The translations under genes were made by a program, and so were the position numbers. Under the pieces are notes generated by a model. That model was not told the DNA's origin. It was given only the letters and a program-made list of their open reading frames with translations, and ran no database searches. A DNA stretch of 63,028 bases, counting the filler, from Octopus bimaculoides (lineage: Eukaryota), in assembly GCF_001194135.2 (NCBI RefSeq). It is 3 parts of 3 records of this genome, joined end to end, with 100 filler letters (N's around TTAATTAATTAA, not from the genome) between each part and the next. Parts side by side here need not be neighbours in the genome. Positions count along the whole stretch, not along the records: positions 1 to 18,046 come from NC_068982.1; positions 18,147 to 42,348 come from NC_068989.1; 1 more part is not named here. One strand, given 5' to 3'. Position 1 is the first letter of the stretch; every line of letters begins with the position of its first letter. This document shows, piece by piece, positions 12,701-26,029 of this stretch.

Positions 12701-14199
12701 ATATGAATGCTTAATTGTCGGTTGCATTTAAAACCACGTTTAACATAGTCGGTTGCTTTTAAAACAACGTTCAAAATAGCATAGTCCCTTCGGATTGAAT
12801 AATGGCTCGCCGTAGGTATTCCATCGAACACTTTACGTGCTATGCTCATCTACCTCGAATGTCAGCTTTGGCTTTCATTCTTTTATGGGCAGAAAAATGT
12901 AACAATACAAATTGTGAACTGGTGGAACAACAGAAAGACGAACCTTGCGTTATCTGTCCTAGCTTTTTGTACTCAGTTAAACTTTACCAAGTGAAACATG
13001 TGGGTTGGAAATAGTATAGATAAAAATATCATCAACTCGGAGTCTTAATGTTGCCATGAACATACTTGAATCAAATGCAATATTATGTAGATGCTGGGTG
13101 GGGCGGAAAAGTAGGTTCCTTTGGCTGAAGAGATATATTTACTAAGGTTTTACTAAGGTTAATGAATGAATCTCAGTAATTGTAGACACGTAATCATTGA
13201 CATTATATCAAATTTTATTTCTGAAATGCCCTTTCCACTCGATCAATCCTTAGAATAGCATCTAAACGAGGCCAATTTTAATTTGCGTTTTTATAATCAG
13301 ATTAAAAGCAATTTGCAATTCGGAGGATCTTCAAACTTAATAATGAAGAGTATATTGAACCTTAAAGGAATAGTTCAAACATAGTATGCAAATAACAAAT
13401 CATTTTATTAATATAACAAAAATATCAAAACCTTCTGACTGTTTTCTCAATACGGATATACAATTCTTATGTTCTTTTCTGAATACATCGAATTCCCTGG
13501 CATTATTATCAATTTAAAATGATTTTGTAAAAGAAACAGGGAAATTACTATGAAAATATTTATACATCTAAACTTAGGAAAACAGTTTCCGTTAAAGGAA
13601 TACATATTTTATAGTTTTTCTTTTGCTTGTAATATTTAGTTTATTATAGAATTTCTTAGATTAAAAATTAAACGTACAGATCTTTTCTTGTAATGTGCAG
13701 ACTTAATCGATAACATCTCTAAGAACAATATTCGTGGTTACATATATGTCATCTCCTCTGCCATTTCTATTTTGAACGTTGTTATCTGCTGTTTTTCCCT
13801 TAAGAAGTAAACAATTTATGAGTGGAACAAAATAGAAATTTTATTTAAAATAATATTCTCCTTGTTCAACTACTTTCCTAAAGTTTTAAGTAATCTTAGT
13901 AGGCTCTCTCATATTTTATCTGTTGTTTTACTGGTTTCGACAAGAGTTTGCATCTATGCTAGGGCACCGTCCTTTCATGCGATTGACTTTGTCTCCCGTA
14001 TTATTTCCTTTTTAAGTGGCATTTTGAACGGAGATGCTATTCTTTGTGTCTCCTTCTGCCATGTGGGTTCATCGCGTAGCCAGACAAAAATGTGTCCAAA
14101 CTTTTTTTGAAAGCCTCCACATCTTCTACATGCATATCTCTGTTTGACAGAACGTTTGAGAAAATGTTGTTTGACAAAATGTTGAATAGCTGTGGAACA

Positions 14200-15070
14200 T
14201 TGAAATCCAAGCTGTTACACTAACGGGTCCTTATTCTCGATGGATATACAGAAGACAGGATCATTGTTACTATGCAGTCCGGTCCTATTCGTTAGTTGTT
14301 ATAGCTTCCAGTTTGGAAGTTGAGAGCTTGATCATCCAGGATCATCATACGTTTATCACTCCATATATTTCGCCTCTTCTCTCTTGGGAATAGCGCCTCA
14401 GTTCCTTTCGTGTCTCCCAGCGACTCATCTGTTGCTCTGAGACAATCGTCTTAGTGTAGAAGTGTTGGATCACCTCGAGTTCTGCTGTTTGGCGAAGAGC
14501 AACTGAGAAATAGTGTCATACGAAGCAGCAGCATATTATTTTTTCTAGTTCAGAGGGATTTTGGAATTCATCATATCAGTCGCTACACAGCGTTGCCAAT
14601 TTGGTAATATGCACATGGGAGTTTGCATTATTAATTATGTATACTCAAATAGAGGCCCAACTCACGTACTGACTTTTACTCAAGGATTGCACTATAATAT
14701 GCTCCCGTTTATTCCGACTGTAGTCTTTTGTGGGCCAATAGTATAGTACTTGACATTTCTCATCATCGAACAGCATGTTATATTCATTATCTTACTTGTA
14801 TATTGCATTTAGATTTTTTTCTGCAGTTTCCTGTTATCATCAGGATCCTTTAGAGCTTGCAACACTTTTGTATTGTCAGCATAGCTGGTGAAAGTGGTTG
14901 AATGTGTAGCTTAGGACAAGACTGAGAGCCCCCCCCCCCCAGCAGTAATGGTTCCAATACAGTCCATGGAAGGATTCCACTGAGACTTGATGTCTCTTCT
15001 GAGAGAGCACCATCGGCTGCAACTGTCTCACTTCTGCCTTGTAAAAAAATCATGCAACTAGTCACACTCC
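14200..15070 (-). mobile_element. Degraded RTE-like LINE fragment
   Basis: Minus ORF GALSEETSSLSGILPWTVLEPLLL resembles RTE RT GxLSEPFxVxSGVRQGCVLSPLLF. RRRNIWSDK near 14360-14380 resembles the RTE C-terminal RGRPxxxWxD. Confidence 0.4.
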
Positions 15071-15129
15071 TAGATATCCAGCGATGCCAAGGTTACACAA
15101 TTTGTGGAAGAACGCCGTTTTCCTTCTGT

Positions 15130-15305
15130 TTTCTGGCATACGCATTCACCCCAAGATAGGACACCACTTTGTCGCAGAATCTCTGCTCTTTGGCCATCTG
15201 AGTGCACTGGAGCAACACAAAATGAAGTATTTTGCTCAAAAAGAATATGCAACCCACTCCTGGCATTGAACCACACACTTACTGTAACGAGACTAATAAG
15301 CCATA
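15130..15305 (-). mobile_element. Old SINE family C copy
   Basis: CTGAGTGCACTGGAGCAACACAAAATGAAGTATTTTGCTCAA matches the central domain of 53815-53880 and 61500-61560. Confidence 0.55.
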
Positions 15306-15419
15306 TGGCTCCGCTATACACCCTTTCAACATACCCTGCTGAACGCTACTTGTCACAGCTGATTAGTTTGTAGATTGCACTCGATACGATAAGATACTTT
15401 GGAAGCTAGCTATGAAATT

Positions 15420-15960
15420 CATTTTGTGTGAAACGGCAAAAAACACTAGAGATTATGAAATGCTCCAGACTGCTGAGGTATTAACTTGGAAGGGCTGAGC
15501 ATCTGTTTCTGCTGGAACAATATTTCATGCAAAGAAAGTTCACCGGGAACCTCAAGATGATAACGTTTTTCGGCCATAAGGGCAGCATCTATACCCATTA
15601 GGTTTCTTCTGGACAGACGGTTAACAATGAGTACTTTGTGAGGGTTTGAGGGAGTTCAAAAAGAGGTTTTCGTCGTGAAAGACCAGAATATCTGCACCAT
15701 TATAATGCACTAGTCTGCAAATCCTTCCTCAGAACTAGACCATGAGAGAAATGGGAATCAAAAGAGATTAGCACCCTCCTTACACTTCTTCAAACATTTG
15801 GTTGTTCCCCACGCTGAGAGAGAAAAATTAAGGACGCTGTGAGAAATGTATTGGACACCTTCTGTTTGAAGGACTCACAAGTCTCCTTAACGAAATGCCT
15901 GGAAAGCTAAAACAAATGCATTGAAATCAGCGGATACAGCTTTGACTGAGATTAGGTTTT
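15420..15960 (+). mobile_element. mariner (DD34D-type) transposase remnant, internally deleted
   Basis: Peptides YEMLQTA, GQTVNNEYFV, FRRERP, HYNA (HxDNA), KEISTLLT (xxHPPYSPDL eroded) and NKCIEISGYSF (NKCIxxxGDYF). Confidence 0.8.
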
Positions 15961-16978
15961 GTACATCTTTGAATTTAATAAATGTTTCTCTTGAAAATGC
16001 CTGGAGAATTCTAGAAAGTCTCCTGTATGTATGTATATATGTATGTATGTATGTTTGCTTGTATGTATGTATGTATGTATGTATATACGTATATAGATAC
16101 ATATAGATGTTAATAGATAGATAATCACACACAGTCATACACACACAAACACACACATATCTACAAATATTTATATATGTTATAAACGCGCTCATACATA
16201 CGTATGTATATATTTGTGTATGTGCGCGTGTTTAAAATTATTGGATTATATGAAAGATTTAGTTAATTCTCTCTAGGTCTGTTATCACGTTTTTGTTGAA
16301 ATGACTTTAGTACTGATATATTTCGAACAATAAAAATCCTAATTCAATGATGTCTTGAACTGAAACAAAATTGAAATTAAATATTACGCATTTAATTCTC
16401 AAGTCGCAACTGAATGATAGTGTTAGCGGATTAGTCTTATGCATATTGATGTCGTTTGTATTTGATGTGTAGAAATGTAAATTGCTTGATTTCGAAAATG
16501 CTAGAGGTCTCACTTAGTGAAAATTGAAAATGTTTCAGTTCCAATTTATTAAGGATGAAAATTTAATTGCAAAGATATAAATAATTAATAGCAAAAATAT
16601 TTTCAATTCAAATAAAAATGCAAGTTATTTATATAAGTATATTTATACGGAAAAATGACAAATCTAATCAATATCACAACTAAAAACTACACATATATAA
16701 ATATTATTTGAAGATTCATCTCAATAGTGTTCACACTAAAAGATCATTACAATAAATAAATAAAGAAAAAAAAAAAAAAATCTTTTAGATATATTTATGA
16801 AAATGTTTACGCTAAGACAAAAGATTCACTATACAAAATTCAATATGCATGCATACATGCATACATGCATACATACATACATACATACATACATACATGC
16901 ATTCATACATAGATACATACATACATACATGTCGTTCATAGAAAATATAGGTATATATATGTTTGTGAATATATATAT

Positions 16979-17096
<118 letters not shown>

Positions 17097-17199
17097 AGAA
17101 ACTGTGTTACAGAAAAATGCATGTGTATCAAATACTATACAACATATATTTATCCGCTTCTAGAGGGCGTTTTCTAAGTTCCACTGACGAAATGAATGT

Positions 17200-17700
17200 G
17201 TGCATATGGATGTTTAAAGGAGAGCAATCCAACACTAAATCAAGATCACATTAAGTGGACGAGCGCCAACCGTGAACACTTGCATGAATCGCCAGCCAGT
17301 GGAGGAATTGATTCGCACGGAAAGTTTAGTCACAGCGTCTGAGCTTGCTGCTCAACTGCGTTGTAGTTACAAGACATTACAGAAGATGGTGGAAGTCGAC
17401 AATTGGAAAGTGTGTGCAAATTATGTTCTTCAGTGTTTGGAATCGATTTCTAGGGAAAAACGGTTGGCAGTCTATTCTGGTCGGAGGAAGATTTTTTAGG
17501 CCAACAGGGAAGGCCCATACTTTTTCTTATGTAGTGGAAAGGGTTGAAGTGTGGGTTTGTTATCTGTCATCTATAATCGAAGGCGCTACCCATTGTATAG
17601 CTATACATTTCATTTCCATCTATGAGCGTTAGTATCTTCTGGAGCATGCCCAAATTTGTAACCATTCCAATGGATACCGATTTCAAAAGGTAATGTTTTA
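17200..17700 (+). mobile_element. mariner-like transposase remnant (N-terminal HTH region plus eroded C-terminus)
   Basis: ORF 17272-17499 VEELIRTESLVTASELAAQLRCSYKTLQKMVEVDNWKVCANYV..EKRL matches mariner VEELIRENRRxTVRELAxxLGIS...RKVCARWVP..KxKRL. Confidence 0.7.
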
Positions 17701-17859
17701 ACTGTTGACTTAATATATGTAGTGTATTGCGGGTGTTGGGAGGAAAAGAGTTCATAACTCTATGTACTGCACCACACATTTTCTACAACTTTAACATTAC
17801 AGATTCTGATATCATAACATTTATCTATCATTTCTTATCTTTTAATTTCAGATAATTAG

Positions 17860-18046
17860 ATTGCGGCCATGCTGAATTACAACTTGAGGAACTTTTTGTC
17901 GAATGGATCTACTCCAGTACTTATTTCTTTTGTGTTTAAAACCTGATACTTATGCTATTGGTTTTCTTGCCGAACCGCTAAGTAACGAGGACGTAAAAAC
18001 ACCAACACCGGTTGTCAAGCAGTGGTGGTGGTTTAAATACAGACAC
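17860..18046 (-). mobile_element. SINE family B, 3' half
   Basis: GCCGAACCGCTAAGTAACGAGGACGTAAAAACACCAACACCGGTTGTCAAGC is the reverse complement of the family B 3' module at 51565-51625. Confidence 0.8.
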
Positions 18047-18146
18047 NNNNNNNNNNNNNNNNNNNNNNNNNNNNNNNNNNNNNNNNNNNNTTAATTAATT
18101 AANNNNNNNNNNNNNNNNNNNNNNNNNNNNNNNNNNNNNNNNNNNN
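18047..18146. other. Assembly gap linker 44N-TTAATTAATTAA-44N (second copy at 42349-42448)
   Basis: Identical 100-bp layout at two sites. TTAATTAATTAA places stop codons in all six frames, so it is a synthetic marker. Confidence 0.9.
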
Positions 18147-18157
18147 TATATATGTGT

Positions 18158-18538
18158 GTTGGCACTCCGTCGCTTACGACGTCGAGGGTTCCAGTTGATC
18201 CGATCAACGGAACAGCCTGCTCGTGAAATTAACGTGCAAGTGGCTGAGCACTCCACAGACACGTGTACCCTTAACGTAGTTCTCGGGGATATTTGGCGTG
18301 ACACAGTGTGACAAGGCTGACCCTTTGAATTACAGGCACAACAGAAACAGGAAGAAAGAGTGAGAGAAAGTTGTGGTGAAAGAGTACAGCAGGGTTCGCC
18401 AACATCCCCTGCCGGAGTCTCGTGGAGTTTTAGGTGTTTTCGCTCAATAAACACTCACAACGCCCGGCCTGGGAATCGGAAACGCGATCCTATGAGTGTG
18501 AGTCCGCTGCTCTAACCACTGGGCCATTGCACCTCCAC
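18158..18538 (-). mobile_element. SINE family A, full length (~380 bp)
   Basis: tRNA-like head plus body plus 3' tail ending GACGGAGTGCCAAC. Near-identical to 29310-29694, 39678-39960 and 60829-61148. Probably one of the described octopus OK/OR tRNA-SINE families (assignment not verified). Confidence 0.9.
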
Positions 18539-20053
18539 TGAAATGCAGAGTAACGTAAAGAAAATGCCTGCCTTATTATATCAGTTTCCTAATTGGTACA
18601 CTTTAGAAGAACAATTATGGAATAAACACTGATAGAGTTTTGAATTTTGTCTGAATCTGTGGTGCACTTTTCGAGAGAGATCGTTTTTGACCTCAGATAT
18701 TTTGATTAATTACTACTCATCATGCACAGACAGCATAATATTTATCCGCCATTGTTGACTTCAACCAGATTTTTGGTCTTCAATGTATGTATCGTGAGAT
18801 TTGTAGTATCACAGTAATGTAAAAGTAATAACTTGATCTAAAACCACGGTCTCGTGACATGAGTATCATTATTATCTAGGATTAAAGCAATGTGAAGTTA
18901 TCAACAAGATAAAAATAACGGCATCGTGACATTCCTTTCATTATCATCAAAACGTAAACTTTGGAATGCTTTTATGTTAAAAGGCCATCTCCTTCCTCGA
19001 TGTTTGAACCACTGGCTACAAATGATATACACATATATACATAAACACATATACACACCTAACACACATACACATACACACACACACGCAAGCACACAAA
19101 TGCACATGCATACACACAAGCACACGCACCCATGTATATATACACATGCATAGGTTATTACATACATATATATTTATCCCACCTACTGAACGTGTGTGTG
19201 TGTGTGCGTATATGTGAGTGAGTGAGTGAATGCGTGTGTGCGTGTGTGCGTGTGCGCGCGCGTGTTCTGTAGGTGTGATTTTACAAATATAACGTAGTAC
19301 GAGATAAACTTACTGCAATTTTATAAATGACCTGGAAAGAATCTCTATGCCCTTAAGTAATTTTTGTACGAATCATAAATAACAGACGGTTGGTATATAT
19401 ACGCTGAAATGCGTATTACATACTATTCTTTCGTTGTAAAACCAAATGTGAGCACACAATCATTCATGCATAATAGCTGCAAACTCGTGTTCGAGTATTG
19501 CCATCGCCTGACAGAAAGTCCCGCACATGCGAAGGCTACGACCAGCCATTTTTGTGATAGGTCTTACTTTTTTTCTCGAGCGATGCCTGTGCTCGATGAT
19601 TTTTTTTTTTATAGTGGAGAAAGGGTTGAACAAATCCAATCCCACTCTCTGAACATAGACAACATAAACTCGAAAAGAAGAATATTGTCAGTGTCACAGG
19701 TTTTCTTTCGGAGTTTCCCTCTCCTAGATAGATGTTTTGATAACAGCAGAAGGGCTTCCCACTACCAGTGAGCCAACTGCGTGCCGCCTGGATACCGACC
19801 AAGGCACTTCTACGTCTCCGTACATACATGCATGCCTACATATACATGTACACATGTTATTGGATGGCCGTTGACTACTCATGAGCTCTTCCGCCCTTTG
19901 ACAGGTCTTATTTTTCGTCCAACTATCACCTTCCTCACCAAGCAAGCTTGATAGGGTTGCCAGTTTAGTCGCTGACGACCCGACCATATGACAAACTGTA
20001 CTGGGTTACATGTTACAAGTAGTACCCAAGAGCGACCTAACATACATACATAC

Positions 20054-20293
20054 ATGCATACATACAAAAATACCCTGTTGTTGATGTTGAAATTCCAATG
20101 AAAGATCCTTAGAAACCGACTCGTTCTCTATTGGGAAGAAATCTTGAAATAAAACTGAACAATGACATGCATACCTACATAGAAAAATACCCTACTGATT
20201 CTGTTGAAATGCCAATGAAGGACCCTTGGATCTAGATTAGAAACTGGCTCTTTCTCTGTTGGCAAGTGATCTTGAAATAAAACTGAATAACGA
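20054..20293. repeat. Diverged ~115-128 bp tandem duplication
   Basis: Unit AAAAATACCCT...GTTGAAAT..CAATGAA.GA.CCTT...TAGAAAC...TCTTGAAATAAAACTGAA occurs twice (20054-20165 and 20166-20293). Confidence 0.85.
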
Positions 20294-20384
20294 CATACGT
20301 ATACAAGCATATTATTTATGTATAGATGAACTAATTCGAGAATTGATTAGAGTGCACGTAGAGAATTGATTAGAGGGCACAAAT

Positions 20385-20614
20385 AATGAAAGCACAAATT
20401 TCTCTGGGTCAAACATGTTGCAAGGATCTCAGAGAACAAGTGGACCAGTGTTGTTGCGAGTGGCACCCAAGAAATCGAAGATGGCCACTCGGAAAGCCCC
20501 CATCACAATATGAAGAACGACAACATGAAAACAAAGGGCGATGTGGACAAAGAATTTGAAGTGCATTGTGACCAGTGGTGTATAACAACATCCGACAGTC
20601 CGGTCGGTTCTATG

Positions 20615-20620
<6 letters not shown>
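20385..20620 (+). mobile_element. RTE-clade LINE 3' end remnant
   Basis: KFLWVKHVARISENKWT...WHPRNRRWPLGKPP matches RTE KWRWAGHVARxxDNRWT...WxPRxxKRPRGRPP. Confidence 0.65.
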
Positions 20621-20647
<27 letters not shown>

Positions 20648-20652
<5 letters not shown>

Positions 20653-20890
20653 AAGAATTTACGAAAAAAACAACAGACGAAGACAGGTGGTGTAAACAAC
20701 AAATGGATGTATTAGTTTAACGCTCGGGAATAGAGAAAGTCTTTGACGTTTCGAGCTACGCTCTTCAACTGAAAGGAACACAGAAAGAAATAAGGAGAGA
20801 AACAAGGAGAAAAAAATATAAATGTAGTGGTCAGCGATGTATCATGGCGAATGCCGGACAGAAGGCTCACACAGGAGAGCTAAGGAAAAG
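20648..20890 (-). mobile_element. Probable Penelope-like terminal-repeat fragment
   Basis: GACGTTTCGAGCTACGCTCTTC motif typical of PLE termini. No coding evidence. Confidence 0.4.
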
Positions 20891-22434
20891 GAGAGATGCA
20901 TGCAAGTATGTATATGTATGTACGTTTATGTAGACACACACACATTTATACAGATATTTATACACATACACCCACATATATCGATCTATCTGCCTGCCTG
21001 TTTGTCTGTCTATCTATATACATATATACATACATACATACACACATACATACATACATACATACATAAGTATTTGCATTTATACATAATATTGCGCTCT
21101 CATAATATTGTTCTCTTCAAATTGTTAGACGTCTGAAGACTTACAGCAAAAAGCATTAATGGAAGACGAGAGAAAAAGAAAAAAACAAAATGGCGTACGC
21201 CATATGCGACGTAATAAAACAGACAATACAGTTGTTGAGTAGTATTTTATACAGACCTAGCACACATTTATATATTCAGCTGTAGATTATGCAAACACAG
21301 ACAGATTCACGGAATAACATACTGGTTTTACCATGTGAATTCTTGACCATTTTATTTATTTTCCACTCAGTTCAATGTTTTGTCATGTATATGTGTCTAT
21401 CTATGGGTATCCTCGGACTTGTGTACGTGTGGCAGGGTGAGTCTTTCTCTGTTTGAGATGTTTTTGTGTCTGTCTGATATTTTTTCATTCTTTAGTTTTC
21501 TTTCCATTCTTTCTAGTAACATGTTTTTTTTTTTGTTTTTGTTGTTGATGTTGTTGTTATTTTTTCTGATTTGTATTTCATCAGTCTGTCCTTGAATTGT
21601 CTGAAATAATAATTCATTTCATATTCGTCTATTTCTATCGCTCGCCCTGTGTGCATATATGTGTGTATCTGTGCATATACGTGTGTGTGTAGGAACGCAT
21701 ACATTCATACGTACATACATATATACATACATACATACATACATACATACATACATACATACATACATACATACATACATACATGTGTGTGTGTATGTGT
21801 GTGTGTGTCCGTGTCTGTATGGCTTGTATCTTGTGGGGTCGTTACGCCAAATACAAAAAAAATAAAGTAATGTGCATATATATATATATATAAACATATA
21901 TACATACGCATACATACATATATATGTGTGTGTGCATCTGCTCGCGCGTGTGTAAATGTATACATAATTATATGTACATATACATATATATGCATATATA
22001 CATACATGCATACATACATATATACATAGACATACATACACCTATATATAGTTATGTTTTAGTTTTTATACATACGATTTTTTCTACGTTTATATTTAGA
22101 TATAAAGCTACATAAGTCTTACACTTGTCGATAGTTATATGTATACATGATTTTATTTGCGTATTAACCGTGGAGTTTACCCGTTTACCATATCAAGCTC
22201 ATCCAAGGGTATTAGCTATCAGAAGACAACACAGTAATCCAAGGATTATTTGTTTTATCAAATACATGCTTGAAAAGCCACAAATATCCATAGAGTTTTA
22301 CCTATGGAAAACAATAGGAATGGAGTTAGCAAGTCTTTTTAATACACCCATTTACAATTGTTTTACCTGAATTCGATCTCATCAGTCTTGGTATATTATG
22401 CAATAACTTATGCCACTATATAAGCAAGCATGTG

Positions 22435-22640
22435 GGCAGAATCGTTAACACGCCGAGTGAAATGCTTAGCGGTATTTCGGCCGTCTTTACGTTATGAGTT
22501 CAAATACTACCGAAGTCGACGTTGGCTTTAATCGTCTCAGGGTCCATAAAATAAGTACCAGTTGAGTAATTGGGTCGATTTAACCGACTTACCCCCCCCC
22601 CCCATAAATCATACTTACCTTTTGCTATAAATTTGAAACT
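22435..22640 (+). mobile_element. SINE family D
   Basis: GCAGAATCGTTAACACGCCG...GAAATGCTTAGCGGTATTTCG...GAGTTCAAAT...AAATAAGTACCAGTTGAG consensus is shared with more than 10 copies in the window. Confidence 0.8.
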
Positions 22641-23419
22641 GATATTTGCGACTATGGATTCTCCAGTTGTCATTGAAATGATACAAACTGGAGCTGCCTT
22701 ATCATAATTACGTATAAACGTTATTTACTATTGAAACTTTAATTCTCTGGAATTTATATACATGCCGAGCTGAGATTGGTTACCGAATCGCACTCACATA
22801 CTACAAACAAAACAAACTACTAGTGAGAACTGATCGGACTATTGGTGCTTTGTGTGTTAATTTATGAAAGGCACAGACGATTATATATGCAAACGTTTAT
22901 ATAAATATGTGTGTCTATTTATAAGTGTGTGTGCGTGTAAGTGCGTATGAGTGCGTGTCTGTGTGTGTGTCTGTGATGGGTGGGGTATATGTAATATGTA
23001 GGTATATATTGGTTCTGTAATAAAAACAGGGAAAATAGAAAGTTTGAATTTATATGTAAATACTCATACGATTGGATACATGTACATTTCAATTTGTCCA
23101 ATATTCTGTCTCTCCATGCCTATCCTATTTTTAGGAAGGAGGGTGAATACTCGAAATGTTAAAGATATTACCTTTCTTTTTCTCCACCATTTCCAGAGCG
23201 TCAAACTAATACCAACTCTATGTTTGTTTCTTACATCTTTCTGTTTATTTTCGGTAAACTTTGCGCAACACACACACACACACACATATACAGACACAGA
23301 CACACACACGCGCGTGCATGCGCACGCATATATTTCGTTTCTGTATTTGGTTTGCAAGATTCTTTATGTGAATTCATGTGTTGAAGCATATTCTGTTGTG
23401 TCTGGGAGAAGTCATTTTG

Positions 23420-23457
<38 letters not shown>

Positions 23458-24336
23458 TGTGTGTGATAGCATTACTCTGGGTTTTACCTCGGGTTTTGTT
23501 CCGTACGATAACCACGCACAACCAAGCCACGGCTGAAACTCAGGGAATAGCATCACCTTTCTATATAATATCATATTATATATATATCTACCATTCTAAA
23601 CGACAAATTGCCTTCTATATTTGATAATGTTTGCACTATGTAAAATATAGCTTAATGTAGTTTACAACTCTTACATTACGCAATGTATAAATATGAAATT
23701 ATATCACTCAATACATACACACACATACACATACATACATACAAACATGCACACATATGAATATATATATATGATGTAATATACATATATATGAATGATA
23801 ATATATTAATTTCTCAAATTGCTGTCCATTTTAGCTAACCCTATGCTGTGTATAATATGCACATAGACGAGTTTAAGAGAATATATAACTGGCGACTAAC
23901 TGTAATTGCAGACAGTTCTTTAGATTCAGACGTCAATAGTTTTGTTGCTTAGCAGAATATAATCGATATAACCGATAAATCGCAAAAACCGAGTATATAA
24001 ATCGTCAAATTTTCAACCATAAGAACTTAATACTAGACTGCTGGTGCTGCTAGTTTTGTTGAGATATAACTGAGAGCAGCTAAGATTTTTAAAAAGGTTA
24101 GGAATGTGATATATCAGGAACCGTATTGCAATTTGTGTTGTTGCTTTGATGAGGTTCTGATCAGGCCTCGTTGAGCCGACCTTAGAACAAACACATACCT
24201 GCGGCAATTATTTACTCTAAGTGTTCCCAACCTTTGGATCTCGATCGCTAAAAGTCCAGAGATATTATCTGGAGTGTGTGAGCTATGTTCAAAATTATAA
24301 AACGATACATTGCAATATGTACGTAAATAACAGTTG

Positions 24337-24507
24337 CAGAAATAGCTGTGTGGATATGAAACCTACTTCTCAACCATGTGGTTCCGGGTTCAGTCCCACT
24401 GGGTAGTAACTTGAGCAAGTGCTTTGTACTATAGCCCCGGCCCGACCAATGATTTGTGAGTGAATTTGGTAGACAGTAACTGAAAGAAACCTGTGGTAAA
24501 CATGCAT

Positions 24508-24544
<37 letters not shown>

Positions 24545-24920
24545 NNNNNNNNNNNNNNNNNNNNNNNNNNNNNNNNNNNNNNNNNNNNNNNNNNNNNNNN
24601 NNNNNNNNNNNNNNNNNNNNNNNNNNNNNNNNNNNNNNNNNNNNNNNNNNNNNNNNNNNNNNNNNNNNNNNNNNNNNNNNNNNNNNNNNNNNNNNNNNNN
24701 NNNNNNNNNNNNNNNNNNNNNNNNNNNNNNNNNNNNNNNNNNNNNNNNNNNNNNNNNNNNNNNNNNNNNNNNNNNNNNNNNNNNNNNNNNNNNNNNNNNN
24801 NNNNNNNNNNNNNNNNNNNNNNNNNNNNNNNNNNNNNNNNNNNNNNNNNNNNNNNNNNNNNNNNNNNNNNNNNNNNNNNNNNNNNNNNNNNNNNNNNNNN
24901 NNNNNNNTCTATATATATAC

Positions 24921-24981
<61 letters not shown>

Positions 24982-25110
24982 GTATACCACTTGACAACCG
25001 GTGCTGGTTTGTTTGCGTCCCTGAAACTTAGCAGTTCGGCAAAAGAGATTGATAGAATAACTAACTAGCCTTAAATAAACTAAGTACTGGAGTCGATTTT
25101 TTCAACTAAA
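24337..25110 (+). mobile_element. SINE family B, split by internal microsatellite and N gap
   Basis: 5' module AACCATGTGGTTCCGGGTTCAGTCCCACTG..TTGAGCAAGTG, then (CA)/(TA), gap, (TG)n, then 3' module CTTGACAACCGGTGCTGGTTTGTTT..AACTTAGCAGTTCGGCAAAAGAG. Confidence 0.8.
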
Positions 25111-25421
25111 ACTTTCCATTGCTGCTGTTCAAGGACGGAAATAAATAAATAAAAAATATAATTAAACGGTAATTTTTCCGTTAATATAGGTCTATCAAGT
25201 AAAAAGAAAATAAATAAATAAACCAAATAAACAAGTGTTTTGTTGTTTATTTATGAAATCGACGGCCTGAGTAAACGAACGAGTCAACGTCCTGGGGTTC
25301 ATGAGAAAATTCATTTCAATAAAAAGAAGGCGATTATTGTGAAAAGGTTACTCATCAAAACTTATCTATCTTGGAATGCATTACTTATAGTGGTCTTCTT
25401 CATAGTCGCAGGAGTGGTTGT

Positions 25422-26000
25422 CGCAGAACAACTGTTGTCATCGATGGGAAGAGTACAGCTATCAGCTGAATCTATCATCAAGATTGTGCCGCCTCCTTCT
25501 CTCAACAGGGAAAGGAAGGCTTGCTTTTCCTGCATAGTAGCCATACTGAAAGAAACAGTATGGAAGACGCGTGTAAGAGGCATAGTGACGGATACCTTTG
25601 TATCTGGCCAGGGGTTAGTTAACTTTTTTTGTTACCACCTCAGTAGTAAGATCAGGCTGGAGAAGAAGTATCTGTCACGAGACAGATTCATGAAAAGATG
25701 GAAGCCTGTGGCGAGGAAGCTGGGAGTGTTTGGCACCAGGTAAGTGGAAGCCAAAAACAAGGGAAAGAAAAAGTAAGGGGTCTACCCTGGTGGTCGGATG
25801 CCTATCCTTCAGGGAAGCCATTGCAAATTGCATCTGTAATGAGCAATGTTTTAATCGAACATTGTAAATATAATCAAATTATTATTGTATATTTAAAATT
25901 GTAAATATCTAATCGATACATTTACTTCACCCCTTTTGTTTGTCTGTCCTTGTTCGTCCCCTCTTTGTAATGCCTTTATGGCAAATATTTATGAAATAAA
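25422..26000 (+). mobile_element. 5'-truncated L1/Tx1-like LINE (ORF2 C-terminus plus 3' UTR)
   Basis: LLSSMGRVQLSAESIIKIVPP...VAILKETVWKTRVRGIVTDTFVSGQGLVNFFCYHL...KRW then stop at 25743. The 3' UTR ends GAAATAAA. A homologous copy at 44883-45150 carries the upstream zf-RVT-like CPRCG motif. Confidence 0.75.
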
Positions 26001-26029
26001 GTAGCTGTGTAGTAAGTAGCTTACTGTTA

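Noticed and set aside
18091-18102. TTAATTAATTAA island inside an N run (also 42393-42404)
   Set aside because: It has an identical 44N-12-44N layout twice and is a synthetic all-frame-stop gap linker, not biology.
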